64,000 nt of DNA, from contig NC_047026.1 of the NCBI RefSeq assembly GCF_902652985.1, forward strand, positions 39,370,001 through 39,434,000, read 5' to 3'. The notes under the pieces were generated by a model. That model did no database searches. It was not told where the DNA came from and saw only the letters and a program-made list of their open reading frames with translations. Positions 58,510-64,000 of this stretch are shown in pieces; position 1 is the first letter of the stretch, and each line of letters begins with the position of its first letter. The position numbers and the translations under genes are program-made. Source of the stretch: Pecten maximus (taxonomy: Eukaryota).

Positions 58510-61500
58510 ATGCCAAGAAGCAGATCTCGGTCCCCTAGGAGAGGTAAATATGGCTTATTAATCGTTATAATTGTAATATAAAGCAACATAACATATACGT
58601 TTATGTTCGAATATACGATAGAGCTAATATTGCACATTTGGGATACTTAAAACGAATAAAAAATGCCCCCACGGTTATTTGTGGACAGGAGTGATCTTAT
58701 TAAATATGAATTTTACAACGTGGATCGTTATTATTATAAACTTTTAAAATTAATAATCTGATTTGCTATCACACGTTCTGTTCTCTTCTTACTCACCCTA
58801 TTTAATGAAAAATCACACTCCTGTCCACAAATACCTGTGACAATTAATTAATATAAGTACCACAATTATTGAACGTCAGTCGTCCTCGTGCACAGGATTG
58901 GTTCAACGATATATCGATCAACATATGAAGAACAGTGCTAAAATTGTTTTATCCGTATCTGTCAAATTACTGTAATCAGGTATGAAGATTTCTGTTAATA
59001 TTTGCTACATTGGGAATGAATTTTAACACGTGTGCATAGTGCACTGCATACTGCCAAACCACGCATTTTGATTTGTATATATCTAACAATATCTGGATTT
59101 GGGGCCATGCCAGATCATCAGAAAAAAAACAAATATGTGTATATGTACGCATATATAGCAATATGGCCAGATGAAACCTCAGGCTAATGCCAAGTTGGTA
59201 CTGCCAAATTGAATGATTATATATCATGTATACATACTATTACATAATAATGCTGCATTTCATCAATTGAAAGGCCTTGGGGCCATAATAGCAGATGTAG
59301 AACCTGTTTAGATCAATTTTTCTTAGCCATAAACTCATTAAAATTAATCTATTATGTTCTGCAGACAAAATTCTCAAGGCACAGCAACATGCCTTCAACA
59401 GTACTCCTGAAATAGCAGATTGTCTCCCTTGATGTGCTGGCACATCTGACCTTGACTGTACATGTGCCAAGAGTAGCAATGACCTCACCTGAGTTGAAGC
59501 CCTCGTTTACCTATCAGTTATAAAAAAAAAATTTTTGCAGTTTTATAAACTTTTAAATACTGTAATTATCATATGAATACCTGAAAATTGATTAAAAAAC
59601 CCGAGATTTTTTTTAAATGTAAGAGACTGGATACCGGAGGCACTGGGAGTCTGCCTTGTACTGGTGAAGAGTATGCTTATATGATATAAATAAACATTGG
59701 TAACCAGATTTAATCTGGGAATTAAACAGCCATTCAGCTCCCTTTGGGGTGTCTGAGTGATCTGTCAGAATGGGGGGTGGGGACAACTAAGCTGCTATAT
59801 AATGACACTTGCTGACCTGTCATTATCCTTTAATCTCATTAGCAGAGATACTCTACCGTATGTATATAACACCCACTGAAATAAATTTGTATTGCATTCT
59901 GTGGAAATTGGCCGAAAGTACAGTAAACTTTCTAAATCTAAAGATTTCCAATGGGGAATGTCCCACACAGCAATCAAACGGCACTGGTCAACACAAACAT
60001 GCTATCTACTTGTGTATTTGAATCTAGAATCATGTCTGAAAACAAAGGTGTTCTCACTTGTTGTCATACAGTCAGAATTCCGACCGCTATGAAAATACTA
60101 CGGCCAAAAGACAAACTGCAGACCATACCTAGTACAGATGAGCTCAAACACACTAAGACAAGAAATCCAGATAGCTACATATTAATAAGTTGTACTCGTC
60201 TTTACTTATATTGAGAGACTACGAAAGGGACTTACCAAAAAATCTCACCAAAAAGTCTTACTTTGACAAGTTTATGTCTATAGTACTAGTGTCTCCCATG
60301 AGATTCCATCCAACCTCTGATTTGGTAGTGTGAGTCCTTCAATAAATAAAGAAATAAATAAAAAGATAAATTGCTGCATGACCATAGCCTGTGCCCACCC
60401 AATTTAATGAGCTTTGTATGTTGTTCGTTTTTCAGAAGATATATGATTATGAACATTATGACCTATTTATAATATATTAAGTATGATCATACCATGACCA
60501 CCCATTTTATTAGTGACCTTAATTTTACTCATTTCCAGAAAGAAGACATTCAAGAGAAAGGAGGCGTAAGTAAAACAAACAAAGTCATGATCATTATTTG
60601 TTTAATTTATTTTATTTCATATTTATGTTTTTCAAACTTAATGTAGGTTTCACCATGATTTATTTTATTGTGCCCATATATACCTGATTTCTTATGTTAA
60701 CCCCTTTTAAAGCAAACAAATATATACAATTTAGTGTATATATACATATATATATATATAAGGAAAAAAAATCTGTCCATGCAAAGGTTAACATATAAAA
60801 AAGTAACAAAAAACAAGACTTTGTCGCTTTGTCGTTATATCTGCCCTCTAACTTCTAAGGCTTCTTCAGGCAGACATAACATTGTTTATATTTGAATGTT
60901 GCTTGGAGATTTATGATGTCAGCAATTGTGATGACGTCATAAGCTTACAATAACATAACTTTATAAACATATATATACATAGAATACAGTGAAGAATTGA
61001 GTTTTCAGGGGTTACAGAGATATTTCATAAGTAATGCTTAATAGTATAATTCCCCAAGTTCCTTTGAAAGTGCCAATGTAACAGAGCACAATACATATTT
61101 TCCCAATGAACATTATATATATACTGATAACGTTTAAGTCTTCTCTAGCTTAGCAGTATATTACGGCTAGTATTTACCTGGGTTCTTTAAAATTGAATTT
61201 TTTTGATACTCATCGTAATTATTGGTAACCTTACTCGATGTATCCATGCTGTGAAGGCTTCCCATGTCGGCCAGTTAATAATTGTTTGTGTATACAAGAC
61301 TACGTACTCACATGGACCCAGTAATTATCTGTTAGTTTGATTTGGCATTAATAATTTCACATCCAGACTGGTTTTTGATAGGTCTCATGCTAGCGAATTT
61401 TGGAAACAACATTGGTGAGAACTTGCTCATTTTTTTGGTGCGTAAATTACACTGGTATAGACTTTTTTCAGCAATTTTAAGGCTTTCTATAGGGTGCGTA

Positions 61501-62739
61501 AATTACAGATTTTTATGGTAAATAGCAATGCATTTTAATGAGTGTTAGTGTACTGCAACCTGATATTGATAAGATCTCAGACAAGTTTTCAATTGTAAGT
61601 TAAAGAGTTATGGCCCTTTGTAGTGTTGTTGTCGTTGGACCTTGTGAACACAACAACTTAACTAAACATGAACAGATTTTCATGAAAGTTGTTATGGAGC
61701 CTCATCTCAAAAAGATCTTGGACGTTTTTGCAGTGTTTGAATATTATTTCTGAACCATTGTAGGTCGTCACAAAAGTAGGTCAAGGTCCAGATCACCAAG
61801 ACGCAGGTCAAGAGATCGATACAGGTCAAGATCACCTAGTAACAGGCACAGGTGGGTTGTGATTTCAAATAAAGAGGATGGATAAAACTGCAAAATTTTA
61901 GGATATATATTTAGGTTATAAAAATAATATAATTATTAGTACATTTGTATATTACAATATACTCATTTCATTATCAGCAGATTATTGTAGCCTTTGTAGG
62001 TGAGGTCAATTAGTTTATAAAGTACAATGTATCATCAATTTCATAAAAGAGTATTTAAGGAAGAGACGGCTACTCTGCTTATAATGGTAATGAATTCTGC
62101 TGTTTTATCTTAATTGGATTCCTTTATTTTTTTATATCAGTTTTACAGGCTTCAATTAATCAGTTATTATACATTGTATATGTAGATATTTTTTCCTGTT
62201 TCAGGGAAAGAAAAAGCAGGGATGCATCGGACAGACAAAAGGCTCCAGAACATGATCAGTATCATGTAAAACCGCCAGGTAGTATTACAGATAATTTTCG
62301 GTCATGGTTGAATTACTCCTTGAGGTTTTGAAGTTGGGTAGAAAGTGATAAAGTATTCCAGGAGCAGTACAACTTTATATCTTTTCACAAAATCCCAATA
62401 GCTATTTGATATCTGCAATGTTCTATTTATCAGATAGAAAAGGCCAGTTTGATATTCATAGCTCTTTTCTAAAATAGTACCATCATGTCAAATACTTGGT
62501 GATCTCCCTTTGGTGTTGGTAGAGATTGTTCAGTTCTATTGATAGTTATACACAGAAGGTATTTCTCATCGTTTACAAAAGCCTGGTTAATTTTTGTAGT
62601 TGCTGATTATCCTTCCGATCACGAAGTTTTTGAGATAGAAGACGATGATGATGATGAAGTTGTGGAAGAACCAGAAGAAGTGAAGTCCGAGGCGGCCATG
62701 ATGAAAGCGATGGGTTTTGTTTCATTTGATACCACAAAG
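58510..62739 (+). CDS. SNRNP27: U4/U6.U5 tri-snRNP 27 kDa protein, 5' part (final exon(s) not found in the window)
   Basis: Exons 58510-58543, 60539-60565, 61764-61851, 62205-62278, 62600-62739 with consistent phases. RS-rich N-terminus MPRSRSRSPRRERRHSRERR..RSRSRSPRRRSRDR followed by MMKAMGFVSFDTTK, the start of the conserved SNRNP27 C-terminal domain. Confidence 0.88.
58670..58839. mobile_element. 170-bp MITE in SNRNP27 intron 1
   Basis: TIR cacggttatttgtggacaggagtg / cactcctgtccacaaatacctgtg. Confidence 0.7.
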
Positions 62740-63135
62740 GTAAATATAGTACATGTATCATTGATATCGCCAGTATTGGTAAATCATTGATAGTAAGACC
62801 ATGAATATCAATAATTTTACTGCTTCCCGACATTTATATTTCTCTTATATCTTTGAAATCCAGTCATTGGATATTCCATTCGCCCAGCAGGATGTGGAAG
62901 GATATAGGGATCATCTTCTGGATCATTTGGGTTTTCATGGTATTCTGGTTTCCTCCCACAGTAAAACATGTTGTGTACTACCATCCTGTTCAATGGATAT
63001 AATTCTATAAATTGTTTTTATAAATGAAAAAATTGTCCGAACTCTATCACATATTCACACTGACCGATGCTTTCACATTTGATCAACATTTGTTTATTGT
63101 TTTATCTGCTATGCATTCTTGGCATATAATTTTCC

Positions 63136-63611
63136 CCGTTGGGGCTGCCCTGCAGGTAGGGCGTAAGAATTGTACCTGCTGCCCCCATTACAGAATCGTA
63201 AGAGGCGACTAAATTTGGGATCTTATCTTTTCTCTTCTTTCTGAACAACTTTCTTCTTCCTAATGTCTCCATTGACAATGCCTCACTTTTGGTCTTCAGT
63301 TGAGCGTTTGCCCCTGTGAGGAAGGCTTTAGGTTCTGTCCCCTGGCCGACACATACCAGAGTCATTAAAAATTGTAGTTGCTACTCCTGCTTAGCGCTCA
63401 GCATATTAGGAGTGGGACGACTGGTTCGCCCGTTGTCAGTATAATGTGACCGGGTGGGGTGTGATGCTGGGTGTCTTCGGCAGTATGCTTCAGTGAGGTA
63501 GCACTATAAATCGGCAAAAGTTCCGGCCTATCACAAGGAGACTTAACACGAACATCCTTTAATGACCTTAGCTGTTAATAGGACGTTAAACAAAATAAAC
63601 CAAACCAAACC
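63136..63611 (+). mobile_element. Composite SINE with Meta-domain-like core
   Basis: Degenerate tRNA head ~63290-63345, core tgcttagcgctcagcat..gactggt..cagtataatgtgaccgggtgggg..ttcagtgaggtagcactataaa, the same 3' tail as the 55524 SINE, a (ccaaa)n end and an extra 5' module containing cgtaagaggcgactaaa. Confidence 0.75.
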
Positions 63612-64000
63612 ACACCCCCGATGTAATTCTTAGAATCGTCTTGTTTTTGTCAGCTATACCTAGGGAGGGTTTCTGACAACACTAATGTTTGTGATGTATA
63701 ACAGGGATGATTTCAGACAAAAATTATTTTTGTCAATCATCTTTTCATGACAATAGGACTATAAATATGATTGACAAATCATGTTTGAATTACGGTTAAG
63801 GATTAAATATGACCTTCATTGGAAGTCGATAAATCAAGGTTTGCTAAACATGCATGTTAACTCATTTGAAATCTCAAGTGGAAGTGATGACTTGAGAATC
63901 AAGAGCAGATAACTGCAACAGAAACTATATAAGAACTTGTACATTAATATCATTATTGCTTTATTGGAGAAGTTCTGAAGACTTTAGTAAATATTTCTTT

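Overview
AT-rich animal genomic DNA, not prokaryotic. The SINE, HINE and MITE content points to a bivalve mollusc, possibly a scallop (inference). Five protein-coding genes were rebuilt by hand from GT-AG splice sites and similarity to recalled human orthologues: the 3' part of WDR54 (+, 1-6652), RMND5 (-, 9 exons, 388 aa), an intronless FADS6-type desaturase (+, 349 aa), DDX41 (+, 12 exons, 632 aa) and the 5' part of SNRNP27 (+). Almost all long ORFs in the supplied track are artefacts of stop-free minisatellites. The most striking pattern: 6 of the 30 splice donors are the exact start of a locus-specific minisatellite (22-60 bp units, up to about 120 copies). Each array copies the donor, sometimes with the exon end, and runs only downstream into the intron. 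No acceptor is duplicated this way. Several units read as head-to-tail GT...AG mini-introns, and one array offers in-frame alternative donors in WDR54. The window also holds tRNA-derived SINEs, small TIR elements with target-site duplications, Crypton-like hairpin elements and a transposase fragment, a decayed LINE, an apparent 1-bp frameshift in the last WDR54 exon and a TPGR>TTGR change in DDX41.
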